Assembly: GCA_963786935.1 (NCBI GenBank)
Contig: CAWBAN010000001.1
Coordinates: 215,323-279,322, forward strand
DNA: 64,000 nucleotides
Source: an uncultured bacterium
Lineage (GTDB): Bacteria; Krumholzibacteriota; Krumholzibacteriia; Krumholzibacteriales; Krumholzibacteriaceae
Direction: 5' to 3'
Part shown: positions 19,610 through 28,882 of the stretch, in pieces
Numbering within the stretch: the stretch's first letter is position 1
How the letters are laid out: every line of letters begins with the position of its first letter
Translations under genes and position numbers: made by a program
Notes under the pieces: model-generated
Told to the model about the DNA's origin: nothing
Database searches by the model: none
The model's input: the letters and a program-made list of their open reading frames with translations, nothing else

Positions 19610-20548
19610 GTGCGCGCATTCGTCGTGAAACGCGTTTTGATGCTCGTTCCGATTCTTTTCGGCGTGGCGACCCTCACCTTCCTCCTCATGTACGTCGTGC
19701 CGGGGGATCCGGTGCGCGCGCTCGCCGGGGAGCGCTACGACGAGGAAACGCTCGCCCGGATGCGCGCGGAGCTCGGGCTCGACCGGCCGCTCGCCGTCCA
19801 GTACGTCGATTTTCTCGGCCGCCTCGCGCGCTTCGATCTGGGAACCTCGTTCGTCACACGGCGCCCCGTCGCCGAGGCGATCCGGGAGCGGTTCCCGCGG
19901 ACGCTCGCGCTCGCGTTGAGCGCGATGGCGCTCGCGATCGCGGGGGGCGTGGCGATCGGCGCCGTCGCCGCCTGGAACCGGCACCCCGCCGTGTCGCGGC
20001 TGCTCATGACCGTTTCGCTCGTGGGCGTTTCGATGCCCGTGTTCTGGCTGGGGCTCCTCCTCATCTATCTCTTCGCGATCACGCTCCGCGTGCTGCCGCC
20101 TTCGGGATACGGCGGCGGCTCGATCCGCCACCTGATTCTTCCCGCGCTCACGCTGTCCTTCGCGTCGATGGCGACGATCGCCCGGGTGACGCGCTCGGGC
20201 GTGCTCGACGCGCTCGGGGAGGATTACGTGCGGACGGCGCGCGCGAAGGGACTCGGCGAGCGGATCGTCCTCGGCAAGCACGTGCTCCGGAACGCGCTCA
20301 TTCCCGTCATCACGATCGCCGGGGCGGACTTCGGCGGCTATCTGAGCGGCTCCGTCCTGACCGAATCGGTTTTCGGATGGCCCGGTCTCGGCCGGTTCAT
20401 CGTGCAGGCGATCCTCAAACGCGATTTCCCGGTGATCCAGGGAGCGGTGCTCTTCATGGCGGTGCTGTTCGTGCTCGTGAATCTCGCCGTCGACCTGAGC
20501 TACGGCGCGATCGATCCGCGGATCAGGCCGGAAGGGGGGAAGCGGTGA
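19610..20548 (+). CDS. ABC transporter permease (DppB/OppB-type)
   Basis: N-terminus FVVKRVLMLVPILFGVATLTFLLMYVVPGDP and the EAA-loop region DYVRTARAKGLGERIVLGKHVLRNAL. Confidence 0.9.
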   Translation: MRAFVVKRVLMLVPILFGVATLTFLLMYVVPGDPVRALAGERYDEETLARMRAELGLDRPLAVQYVDFLGRLARFDLGTSFVTRRPVAEAIRERFPRTLALALSAMALAIAGGVAIGAVAAWNRHPAVSRLLMTVSLVGVSMPVFWLGLLLIYLFAITLRVLPPSGYGGGSIRHLILPALTLSFASMATIARVTRSGVLDALGEDYVRTARAKGLGERIVLGKHVLRNALIPVITIAGADFGGYLSGSVLTESVFGWPGLGRFIVQAILKRDFPVIQGAVLFMAVLFVLVNLAVDLSYGAIDPRIRPEGGKR

Positions 20549-21447
20549 CGCGGGGCGGAGGATTCTGGCGGAGATTCGCGCGGTCGCGCGCGGCCGCGGC
20601 GGGGCTCGTCATCTTCGCCGTGCTGCTGGCGGCCGCGATCCTCGCGGAGGCGATCGCTCCCGCGCCCCCGGAGGCGATCGACCTCGACGCGGCGCTCGAG
20701 CGCCCGTCGGTCCGCCATCCGTTCGGCACCGACCCGTTCGGGCGGGACGTGCTGTCGCGGATCGTGCACGGATCGCGCATCTCGCTCGGCGTCGGCTTCC
20801 TCGCGCGGACCATCTCGCTCCTCATCGGGCTCGCCCTCGGCGCGCTCGCGGGGTACTTCGGCGGCCGCCTCGACTCGGTGCTCATGCGGCTCGCGGACAT
20901 CACCTTCGCCTATCCGACGCTGCTCCTCCTCATCGCGATCATCGCCGTCGTCTCGCCGGGCATCGTGTCGCTGTTCGTCACGCTCGGCGTCGTCGGATGG
21001 GCCTCGGTGGCGCGGCTCGTGCGGGCCGAGGTGCTCTCGGTGAAGGAGCGCGAGTACGTGCAGGCGGCGCGGGCCTCGGGAGCGAGCCACGCCGTGATCC
21101 TGCTCCGGCATATTCTGCCGCAGTGCCTCGCGAGCGTCCTCGTCGTCTACACGCTCGGTCTCGGAATGACGATCATGGCCGAGGCGTCCCTGAGCTTCCT
21201 CGGGCTCGGCGTCCAGCCGCCGGCGCCGAGCTGGGGAGGGATGATCTCGGGGGGCATCGCCTTCATGCGGACCGCGCCCTGGCTCTCGTTCTTTCCGGGG
21301 CTCTTTCTCACCCTTACCGTGTGCTCGCTCAACCTGATCGGCGACGGGTTGCGGGACGCCCTCAATCCCCGCCTCTCCCCGGGGCTCGCGGGAGCGTCCG
21401 GCGCCGCCGGCGGGCGAAGCGATCGAAGGGAGCCGATCGATGGATAA
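20545..21447 (+). CDS. ABC transporter permease (DppC/OppC-type)
   Basis: GTG 20545 overlaps the upstream stop as GTGA, inside track ORF 20377..21447. Motifs HPFGTDPFGRDVLSRIVHG and EYVQAARASGASHAVILLRHILPQ. Confidence 0.88.
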   Translation: MTRGGGFWRRFARSRAAAAGLVIFAVLLAAAILAEAIAPAPPEAIDLDAALERPSVRHPFGTDPFGRDVLSRIVHGSRISLGVGFLARTISLLIGLALGALAGYFGGRLDSVLMRLADITFAYPTLLLLIAIIAVVSPGIVSLFVTLGVVGWASVARLVRAEVLSVKEREYVQAARASGASHAVILLRHILPQCLASVLVVYTLGLGMTIMAEASLSFLGLGVQPPAPSWGGMISGGIAFMRTAPWLSFFPGLFLTLTVCSLNLIGDGLRDALNPRLSPGLAGASGAAGGRSDRREPIDG

Positions 21448-22510
21448 CGCCCCTCAGCGACTGTGTGAGGCCGTTTCCGCGGCCGAGAAGGAATGCGGCC
21501 TCGACTGGCGCCGGAGCTACTCGAAGCTCTCGCCGCGCGCGACGGGCTCGTTCGAGCTCGAGCTGAGCCGCGACGAGGTGCTGCGCGCCCTTCCGGACCG
21601 TCTCACGGGATTCGCCCTCGAGCGCGACGAGGCGGGGCGCGTGAGACGAGCCTCGTCGAACGGGCTGACGGTGCGGATCACGCTGCTCTCGCCGGGAACG
21701 GCCCGGCCGCTCTGGGTCACGTCGAGCGTGGCCGACGTGCGGCGCGAGGGGGCGCACGCCGCGGAGCTGCTCACGCAGCTCATCATGGGGGAGGCGGCGT
21801 TGCCGCTCAAGGCGGAGGGGGACTGGTATTTCGTGCGCCTCGCGGACGATTATCACGGATGGGTGCGATCGTGGTACGTCCGCGAAACGGATGCCGGGGA
21901 GATCGCGGCGTACGAGGCGGCCGCGAACGCCGTCGTCGCGGCGAACGTCGCCTACGCGCTTTCGGCCCCCGCGGAGGGGAGCCTTCCCGTTTCCGAAGCG
22001 GTCGCCGGGGCGCGTGTCGTCGCCGCCCCGCCGGCCGGCGGATATCGCGCCGTCACCCTCCCCGGCGGAAAGAGCGGATTCATGCGGGAGGATGCGCTCG
22101 CGGAGCGGCGCCGGTCCGGAGCCCCCGATCGCGAGCGCCTCGTCGAGCGGGCGAAGCGCTTCGTGGGAATCCCGTATCTCTGGGGCGGGACGACGCCGAA
22201 AGGCTTCGACTGCTCGGGGCTCGTGCAGCGCGCGTATCTCATGGAGGGCATCTCGCTGCCGCGCGACTCGGACATGCAGGCGCTCGTCGGGGATCCCGTG
22301 CCGAGGGAAGACGCCGCGCGGCTCGCGCCGGGGGATCTCCTCTTCTTCGGCGAAGGGGGACGCGTCTCTCACGTCGCGATGAGCCTGGGCGGGGACCTCT
22401 TCATACATTCGAGCGGGGAGGTGAGGATCAACAGCCTGCGGATCGGCGACGAGCGTTGCGATGAAAAATTCTCGAAAATATTTCTTTTCGCCCGGTCCGT
22501 TCTGCGGTAA
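21440..22510 (+). CDS. C40 (NlpC/P60) family peptidase with N-terminal SH3-like region; no signal peptide
   Basis: Catalytic region RFVGIPYLWGGTTPKGFDCSGLVQRAY...GDLLFFGEGGRVSHVAMSLGGDLFIHSSG. The start overlaps the permease stop by 8 nt. Confidence 0.85.
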   Translation: MDNAPQRLCEAVSAAEKECGLDWRRSYSKLSPRATGSFELELSRDEVLRALPDRLTGFALERDEAGRVRRASSNGLTVRITLLSPGTARPLWVTSSVADVRREGAHAAELLTQLIMGEAALPLKAEGDWYFVRLADDYHGWVRSWYVRETDAGEIAAYEAAANAVVAANVAYALSAPAEGSLPVSEAVAGARVVAAPPAGGYRAVTLPGGKSGFMREDALAERRRSGAPDRERLVERAKRFVGIPYLWGGTTPKGFDCSGLVQRAYLMEGISLPRDSDMQALVGDPVPREDAARLAPGDLLFFGEGGRVSHVAMSLGGDLFIHSSGEVRINSLRIGDERCDEKFSKIFLFARSVLR

Positions 22511-22589
22511 TAATGGCGTCGAGAAGAAGAAGGGCTCTCGATCGCCCGCGAGGCGCGGAGAAAATAATTTGAATTACGCTAAAAAAATA

Positions 22590-22618
22590 TTGACAAGATT
22601 TCCTAGTGCCTTTAACTT
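22590..22618 (+). promoter_or_regulatory. Strong sigma70-type promoter candidate with an upstream A-tract
   Basis: AAAAAAATA, then TTGACA (22590-22595), a 17-nt spacer, then TAACTT (22613-22618). It sits in the most AT-rich stretch of the window, about 300 nt upstream of the barrel gene at 22915. Confidence 0.5.
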
Positions 22619-22914
22619 AACGCCCAAAAAATCAAGAGGGTTCGAGGTTCATTGAGAGGGGGTCGCCGGAAAAACTTGGTACATGATTTGACCAGTTGAC
22701 GAGGTTTGAGAAGCGGGCTTGCGGCGGTGCCGCAAGTACCAACAGAATTGACGCCTTATCGAGAAAGGGGGAAAGCCAAAAGAGAGACGTAAGCGCCTCT
22801 TAAGGCGCAGCGATGAAGGAGAAACCAGGAAACTCATCCGCTTACGTGTGCGGTTATATAGAAAGGATCCTGAAGGTTTTTCCCGCAAGGGAGATTTCTG
22901 ACAGGGGGTTTGTA

Positions 22915-24342
22915 ATGAAAAAGGCATTCGCAATTCTCCTCTCGGCGCTCTTCGTGGTCGCCCTCGCCGTCCCGGTCTTCGCGACCGACGCTCGGCAGTA
23001 CGCCCTCGGCAGCGTCGGCCCGTACATCGAGGATGACTTCAACATCTTCACGTGGTACGGCACGCTACCTTCCTACAGCAACACGGTGTGGATCGGCCTC
23101 GAGTATTACGATTACTACATGTACCTCGGCGCGTCGTCTGACGACGGCTACGGCGGCCGTCCGTACCTCGGCGCCGCCTACGGGCTCGGCTCGGAAGGCA
23201 AGTACGGAACGCTGGCGATGTTCTTCAACAACGTCGGCATGCCGTTGAACCGCGGGGGCTGGGGCTGGGACAGCTATGATCCCTACACCAACAGCCTGCC
23301 GGCCAAGTGGGAAGTCATGTACGGCTACGCGATGGAGAAGCTCTCCTTCGGTCTGTACTTCAGCCGCGCCGACGGACATACGACGTACGACTGGAGCAGG
23401 ACCTATGCCCTTCCCGATACGACCGTTGCGTACCTCGATGATTACCAGATGGCGTACACGACGATCGGCGCCGGCGTCCGCTTCGACATCGGCGAGAAGA
23501 TGTACGCGGACCTCGCGTTCGACTACAAGTGGGCGGGCCAGACGGTCAACGAGGAAAGCTACTCCGGAGATTATTACTACGGCTGGGGCGAAGTCAGCGC
23601 CGACGCCAACAAGATGATGAACTTCCGCGGCCGCATGTTCTACGAATGGAACGAAACGATCACCTGGGTTCCGTACGCGAGCTTCGGCACCTTCGATTTC
23701 AGCCTCGACAGCGACTCGACGAAGGTCTTCAACCGCGTCTTCACGAACGACACGCTCTCGTGGAAGGATGTCAATTACGGCGTGAAGGGCATGGAGTTCA
23801 TCCTCGGACTCGGCGCGAACATCAAGGTCAACGAGAACAACCTGCTCCTCTTCGCGATCGAGCCCTACAGCTACCGCAAGCTCGAGCAGTCGGATCCCCC
23901 GGCGGGGGATTTCGTGCGGTACGACGCCTACTACTATCCGTACTACTACAATGACAGCTATGAGTGGGGCAAGAAGCACGAAGATACCGAGACGATTCTC
24001 CCGACGTTCCGCCTCGCCCTTGAAAGCGACGTTCGGGATTGGCTGACCTTCCGAATCGGCGCCGTGAAGGGGTTCTATAAGGACGAGTACAAGCTGAGCT
24101 ACACGGCCCAAACCGGTCCGGATGACGAAGACGACATCGAGGAATACGAGGAGACCGATACGTATGTCGGAAGCTATTTCGAATACTACATGGGTCTCGG
24201 ATTCCACGTGAGCGATTTCGACATCGATGTGGTCGTCAACAACAACCTGCCGTTCCGCATCGGCTACTGGCTGACCGGCTATCAGCCCAGCGAGTACTCC
24301 GGTCCTCCGGTGTACATGCTGTCCGCGACGTATCACTTCTAG
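22915..24342 (+). CDS. Outer-membrane beta-barrel protein, Tyr/Asp-rich (porin-like; family not recognised)
   Basis: In-frame ATG 22915 inside track ORF 22813..24342 yields a signal peptide (MKKAFAILLSALFVVALAVPVFA). Alternating aromatic strand pattern; C-terminus ...MLSATYHF with terminal Phe. Visibly lower GC than its neighbours. Flanked by a promoter candidate and a strong terminator. Confidence 0.75.
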   Translation: MKKAFAILLSALFVVALAVPVFATDARQYALGSVGPYIEDDFNIFTWYGTLPSYSNTVWIGLEYYDYYMYLGASSDDGYGGRPYLGAAYGLGSEGKYGTLAMFFNNVGMPLNRGGWGWDSYDPYTNSLPAKWEVMYGYAMEKLSFGLYFSRADGHTTYDWSRTYALPDTTVAYLDDYQMAYTTIGAGVRFDIGEKMYADLAFDYKWAGQTVNEESYSGDYYYGWGEVSADANKMMNFRGRMFYEWNETITWVPYASFGTFDFSLDSDSTKVFNRVFTNDTLSWKDVNYGVKGMEFILGLGANIKVNENNLLLFAIEPYSYRKLEQSDPPAGDFVRYDAYYYPYYYNDSYEWGKKHEDTETILPTFRLALESDVRDWLTFRIGAVKGFYKDEYKLSYTAQTGPDDEDDIEEYEETDTYVGSYFEYYMGLGFHVSDFDIDVVVNNNLPFRIGYWLTGYQPSEYSGPPVYMLSATYHF

Positions 24343-24369
24343 AAGTGACCGGCGCGCGTTTGAGCGCAA

Positions 24370-24396
24370 GGGGGGCCGTTCGGGCCCCCCTTTTTT
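24370..24396 (+). terminator. Rho-independent terminator
   Basis: 8-bp G/C stem ggggggcc / ggcccccc, 5-nt loop, then TTTTTT (24391-24396). Confidence 0.85.
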
Positions 24397-24456
24397 ATCC
24401 CTTTTCTGGTCTATTACTTGCAGCCTCCCCCGTGATCTCCGGAATCAAGGGGGAGC

Positions 24457-25707
24457 ATGTACTTTTTCTATTACATCCCCATCGGGCTCGACGTCGGGGC
24501 GCGGAAGCGGCCGTACGTCACCTATTTTCTGGCGGCCTCATGCGTAATCCTTTATATTATATATAGATACAGACCGATCGGGCAGTGGTGGGATTTCACT
24601 CTGCTCATCTTCCAGCCGAGCGCCCCTTCCGCCGCCACTGCGGTCACCCATGCCTTTTTGCATGGCGGGTGGATGCATCTGATCGGAAACCTCGTTTACC
24701 TCATCGTGTTCGGGAGACCGCTCGAGGACCGGCTCGGTTCCTTCAAATTCTATCTCGTATTCACGCTGTCGGCCGCGGTCGGGGCGTACACGCATCTCAT
24801 CCTGACCGCGCTCTATTCCCCCGCGTATTTGCAGTACGGCGTCATCGGCGCATCGGGAGCGACCTCGGGCATCCTGGGGGCGTATCTCGTTCGATTGCAT
24901 TTCAGCCGGGTGCGCGTCGGGTACTGGGTGTTCATGCCCTTGCAGGGGGTGAACCGGGCGGGGAGGACGTACGTTCCCGTCATCTTCGCGATTCTTTTCT
25001 GGTTCGCGCTCCAGGGGATCCGCGCGGTGATTCAGTTCGGGACGGGGGGGATGAGCGTCGCGTACAGCGTCCATCTCGGCGGATTCGCGGCGGGAGCCTT
25101 GCTCGCGGTCGGCTTCGGGGCGCTCGCCCGCGCGCGCGCCGAGCGTTGCCTCGCCGCGGCCCGGCGACGCTTCGAGGCGGCTGACTGGTTCGGCGCGCAG
25201 GCGGAATACGCCGAGTACCTCGCCCTGGAGCGGGGGGACGCCGGGGTGAACGCGGAGCAGGCCCGGGCGCATCTCGCCGCGGGGGACCGGCCGGGCGCGC
25301 GTGAATTCTACGTTGAAGCGGTGCGGATGTCCGCCGAGAACGGGCAGCGGGACGCCGCGGAGGCGTATTTCGACGAGGCGATGCGCCACATCCCGAGCTT
25401 CGCCCTTCCCGAGCCCCTCCATATCGATATCGCCTGCGGGATGGAGCGGACTCTCAAGTATCGCTCGGCGATGGCGGCCTACGAGCGTTTTATGCGGTGC
25501 TATCCGCGCTCGCAGGAGGCGCCGTTCGTTCTTCTCAGGATGGCGGGCATGCTCGAAAAGCGCTTCGAACGGCCGGAAGAGGCGCTCGCCTGCTATGTGA
25601 GGCTCGCCGGCGAGTACGCGGCCGATCGGTGGGCCGAGTACGCGCGGAAGGAAATCGGGCGTCTGGAACGCTTCGTTTCCGCGATTCCGGCGTTCGAGAA
25701 AAAATGA
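24457..25707 (+). CDS. Rhomboid-family intramembrane serine protease fused to a C-terminal TPR-like helical domain
   Basis: AAGGGGGAG precedes the ATG. Rhomboid motifs HAFLHGGWMHLIGNLVYLIVFG, catalytic GASGATSG and VHLGGFAAGAL. About 190 C-terminal residues are helical repeats (AEYAEYLAL..., AMAAYERFMRCYP..., ALACYVRLAGEY). Confidence 0.8.
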   Translation: MYFFYYIPIGLDVGARKRPYVTYFLAASCVILYIIYRYRPIGQWWDFTLLIFQPSAPSAATAVTHAFLHGGWMHLIGNLVYLIVFGRPLEDRLGSFKFYLVFTLSAAVGAYTHLILTALYSPAYLQYGVIGASGATSGILGAYLVRLHFSRVRVGYWVFMPLQGVNRAGRTYVPVIFAILFWFALQGIRAVIQFGTGGMSVAYSVHLGGFAAGALLAVGFGALARARAERCLAAARRRFEAADWFGAQAEYAEYLALERGDAGVNAEQARAHLAAGDRPGAREFYVEAVRMSAENGQRDAAEAYFDEAMRHIPSFALPEPLHIDIACGMERTLKYRSAMAAYERFMRCYPRSQEAPFVLLRMAGMLEKRFERPEEALACYVRLAGEYAADRWAEYARKEIGRLERFVSAIPAFEKK

Positions 25708-25734
25708 TTTGCACTTTTTTGCGGTTGTGCCAAA

Positions 25735-26472
25735 ATGGCTTGCGATGCGGATGAGCTTCTGTTAGGTTTCAGCCGGCAGTGCGGGGCGGGGAGGCTTGTG
25801 GGTGCTGGGAAATCGTCACTCGAGCTGCTGAGATCGAGGGGCGTGGTGCGCGGTCTCGAGGCGATCGGCGAAACCGAGTTGATCGCGCTCGTGATCGGCG
25901 CGTGCAACCATCGATCGGGCGGGGCGATCGCCCAGGAATTGATCGACCGTTTCGGCGGCCTCGCCGGATTGGAAGGCGCGGCGGTCGAGGAGCTCATGAC
26001 GATCGAGGGATTGGGACCCGCGTCGTCGATGAGGCTCAAGGCTTCGTTCGAGCTCGGCAAACGGTGCATCGTCTCGATGAGGGAGGGCGCCATCCGGAAG
26101 CTGCGGGGGCCCGAAGATGCGGCCGCGATCATGACCGTCGAGATGCGCGGGCTCGATCGAGAGCACTTCAAGGCGATCCTCCTCGACACGAAGAACGGCA
26201 TCCGCAAGGTCGTGACGGTTGCGGTGGGATCGCTGAACGCGGCGCTCGTTCATCCGCGGGAGCTGTTCAAGGCCGCGGTCGCGGCGAGCGCGGCGGGCAT
26301 CATTCTCGTGCACAACCACCCGACCGGGAATCCGGAGCCAAGCGTCGAAGACACGGAGCTCACGCTCCGTTTCGTGAAATGCGGAGAGCTCATGGGTATC
26401 GAACTCGTCGACCATATCGTCATCGGGGGCGATCGATTCGTCAGCTTGCGCGAGCGCGGTCTCATCGCGTGA
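25735..26472 (+). CDS. radC: RadC-family JAB-domain protein
   Basis: HhH region [25 protein letters not shown] and JAMM motif [22 protein letters not shown]. The start is uncertain; a downstream GTG is possible. Confidence 0.85.
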   Translation: MACDADELLLGFSRQCGAGRLVGAGKSSLELLRSRGVVRGLEAIGETELIALVIGACNHRSGGAIAQELIDRFGGLAGLEGAAVEELMTIEGLGPASSMRLKASFELGKRCIVSMREGAIRKLRGPEDAAAIMTVEMRGLDREHFKAILLDTKNGIRKVVTVAVGSLNAALVHPRELFKAAVAASAAGIILVHNHPTGNPEPSVEDTELTLRFVKCGELMGIELVDHIVIGGDRFVSLRERGLIA

Positions 26473-26491
26473 GGAAAGGCGAGGGTTATCC

Positions 26492-27526
26492 GTGCTGGAC
26501 CGTTTAGCGAACTATTTCTCGAACGAAATCGCGATCGATCTCGGCACCGCCAACACGCTCGTGTACGTGAAGGGGAACGGCATCGTTCTCAACGAGCCGT
26601 CGGTCGTCGCCGTGGATCAGAAGACGAAGCGCGTGTACGCGGTGGGGGCCGAGGCCAAGGCGATGCTCGGCAAGACGCCCGATCACATCGTCGCGATCCG
26701 CCCGCTCAAGGACGGCGTCATCGCCGACTTCGAGATCACCGAGGACATGCTCCGCGAGTTCATCAAGAAAGCGCAGAAGAAGCGCTTCTTCATCCGACCC
26801 CGCATCGTCATCGCGGTGCCGTCGGGGATCACCGAGGTCGAGCGCCGCGCCGTGACCGATTCGGCGCAGCACGCCGGGGCGCGCGAGGTGTTCCTCATCG
26901 CGGAGCCGATCGCCGCCGCGATCGGCGTGGGGCTGCCCGTCGACAAGCCCTCCGGCAACATGGTGATCGACATCGGCGGCGGCACGACCGAGATCGCGGT
27001 CATCGCGCTCAACGGTATCGTCACCGATATGTCGATCCGCATCGCCGGCGACGAGATGGACGAGGCGATCGTCCTTCACATCAAGAAAGCGTACAACCTC
27101 CTCATCGGCGACCAGACCGCCGAGCACGTCAAGATGGTGGTCGGCTCGGCGCCGAAGCTCAAGAAAGAGGAGGAAATGGAGATCAAGGGGCGCGATCTGG
27201 TATCGGGCATTCCCAAGACGCTGAAGATATCGAGCGTCGAGGTCCGCGAGGCGCTCGCGGAGCCGGTGAGCCAGATCGTCGCGGCGGTCAAGACCGCGCT
27301 CGAGCAGACGCCGCCCGAGCTCGCGGCCGACATCGTTGACCGGGGGATCGTCATGACGGGCGGCGGCTCGCTGCTGCGCGGACTGGACACCCTCCTCAAG
27401 GAGGAGACGAACCTCCCGATCAACGTCGTCGAGGATCCGCTCACGTGCGTCGTGCTCGGATGCGGCAAGGTTCTGTTGAACCTGCATCAGTACGAACGGA
27501 TCATCATGAAGAGCTCCCGGTTCTAA
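26492..27526 (+). CDS. mreB: Rod shape-determining protein MreB
   Basis: [14 protein letters not shown]..., [40 protein letters not shown]. Confidence 0.97.
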   Translation: MLDRLANYFSNEIAIDLGTANTLVYVKGNGIVLNEPSVVAVDQKTKRVYAVGAEAKAMLGKTPDHIVAIRPLKDGVIADFEITEDMLREFIKKAQKKRFFIRPRIVIAVPSGITEVERRAVTDSAQHAGAREVFLIAEPIAAAIGVGLPVDKPSGNMVIDIGGGTTEIAVIALNGIVTDMSIRIAGDEMDEAIVLHIKKAYNLLIGDQTAEHVKMVVGSAPKLKKEEEMEIKGRDLVSGIPKTLKISSVEVREALAEPVSQIVAAVKTALEQTPPELAADIVDRGIVMTGGGSLLRGLDTLLKEETNLPINVVEDPLTCVVLGCGKVLLNLHQYERIIMKSSRF

Positions 27527-27527
27527 G

Positions 27528-28382
27528 ATGCATGTTCTCTCGTTCCTCTTCGACAAGCATCTCGACAAGACGATCCTCGTGATCGCCGTCGCGCTCTCGA
27601 TCACGCTCCTCGCGCTCGGTGAGCGGAGCCGCGTCGGGATGGCGCGCGCGATCACCGCCGTCCTGCTCTCTCCGGTCGAACGGGTGACGGGACGCTTCGA
27701 ATCGGTGGAGGCGCTGCGGAGCGAGAACGCGGAGCTCCGCGCCATGGTCGCGACCCTGTACCAGGAGCGCGAGCGGCTCATGGAGTTCGCCGAGGAACGG
27801 AACCGCCTGCGCCGGCTCCTCGATCTCAAGTCGGATTCGTTCTACCGTTTCGTCCCGTGCGAGATACTCTCCCGATCGTCGACGTCGTTCTTCCGTTCGA
27901 TCGCCGTGGACCGGGGGTCGGCCGATTCGGTCCGCGTCGGCATGGCGGTCGTCGGCTTCCAGGGGCTCGTCGGCCGGGTTTCGCAGGTGTTCCCGGGGTC
28001 TTCGCAGGTCGTGCTCATCAACAACAAATCGATCTCGGTGAGCTGCATGAACCGCCGCAGCCGCGTCGTCGGGATGCTGGAGTGGGACCGGGGCAGCTTC
28101 TTCCGGCTCGAATACGTGGGGAAGGAGGAGGACGTCGTCGTCGGGGACACGCTCGTCACGAGCGGTCTCGGTCTCCTCTTCCCGAAAGGTTTCCCCGTGG
28201 GGACGGTCTTCCAGATCACGGATGACAAAGGGGGCATCGCGAAACGGGTCCGCGTCGCGAGCGCGGCGAATCTGAACGCCCTCGAGGAGCTCTTCATCGT
28301 GACCGGCGCGCGGGAGTGGAACGACACGGGAATACTGAACGAGCTCGAGCGGTTCGACGCGAAGAACGCCCGGGCGAGGTGA
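27528..28382 (+). CDS. mreC: Rod shape-determining protein MreC
   Basis: Position directly after mreB. N-terminal TM and coiled coil (LRSENAELRAMVATLYQERERL), then a beta domain (GDTLVTSGLGLLFPKGFPVGTV). Confidence 0.9.
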   Translation: MHVLSFLFDKHLDKTILVIAVALSITLLALGERSRVGMARAITAVLLSPVERVTGRFESVEALRSENAELRAMVATLYQERERLMEFAEERNRLRRLLDLKSDSFYRFVPCEILSRSSTSFFRSIAVDRGSADSVRVGMAVVGFQGLVGRVSQVFPGSSQVVLINNKSISVSCMNRRSRVVGMLEWDRGSFFRLEYVGKEEDVVVGDTLVTSGLGLLFPKGFPVGTVFQITDDKGGIAKRVRVASAANLNALEELFIVTGAREWNDTGILNELERFDAKNARAR

Positions 28383-28384
28383 GC

Positions 28385-28882
28385 ATGGGTATCCTGCGGA
28401 TCATCATCGTGGCCCTCGTCGTCTTCATCCTCCAGGTGACGGCGATCAGCCACATCGCCGTGGCGGGGTGCGCCCCCGATCTCATGGTGATTCTCCTCGT
28501 CGCCCTCGTGCTCGAGCGCGGCCCCATTCTCGCCGTCATCATCGGTTTTCTCCTCGGCTTTCTCCAGGATCTCGGCAACGCGTCGTTCCTCGGCATGAAC
28601 GCACTCGCGAAATCGATCCTCGCGTACGGCGTCTCGCGCGTCGGGGGCGGCCTCCTTCCCGAGAACGCGCTCTACAAGGGCTTCATCATCTTCGCGGCCT
28701 GCCTCGTCAACGACGTCGTCGTGCTGCCGATCGTCACGTCCTTTTCCCTCGGCGACGTCGTCGTGTCGTTCTTCCGGTTTTCGCTCCTGTCGGCGCTCTA
28801 TTCGGCGGCGCTCGGCGTGATCGTCTACACGCTGCTCGAGCTTCTGACGCGAAGGGTGGTGCGTCCCGGTGGCGGACGTTGA
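28385..28882 (+). CDS. mreD: Rod shape-determining protein MreD
   Basis: In-frame ATG 28385 inside track ORF 28316..28882. A small polytopic membrane protein between mreC and mrdA. Confidence 0.8.
   Translation: MGILRIIIVALVVFILQVTAISHIAVAGCAPDLMVILLVALVLERGPILAVIIGFLLGFLQDLGNASFLGMNALAKSILAYGVSRVGGGLLPENALYKGFIIFAACLVNDVVVLPIVTSFSLGDVVVSFFRFSLLSALYSAALGVIVYTLLELLTRRVVRPGGGR

Noticed and set aside
18005-20281. 758-aa minus-strand ORF.
   Set aside because: It is antisense to the substrate-binding protein and DppB-type permease. It shows the same Arg/Glu/Pro/His shadow-ORF composition.
22461-22655. 64-aa plus-strand ORF and 94-aa minus-strand ORF (22649-22933) in the AT-rich spacer.
   Set aside because: Neither has an RBS. 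Their composition reflects AT-rich non-coding DNA, and they overlap the promoter candidate and leader hairpins. Non-coding is the better explanation.
22619-22914. Tried to match the long leader to known riboswitch or ncRNA classes: cobalamin, c-di-GMP-I, SRP, 6S.
   Set aside because: I could not find the diagnostic cores, such as the B12 box or the paired GNRA tetraloop/receptor arrangement with ACGCAAAGC-type segments. The only resemblance is loose (gacgtaagcgcc). It needs a covariance-model scan.
25708-25734. TTTGCA-17-CAAAAT promoter-like element immediately before the radC ATG.
   Set aside because: The -10-like hexamer ends 1 nt before the annotated ATG. It is therefore incompatible with that start unless radC begins downstream. 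The evidence is too ambiguous to call.
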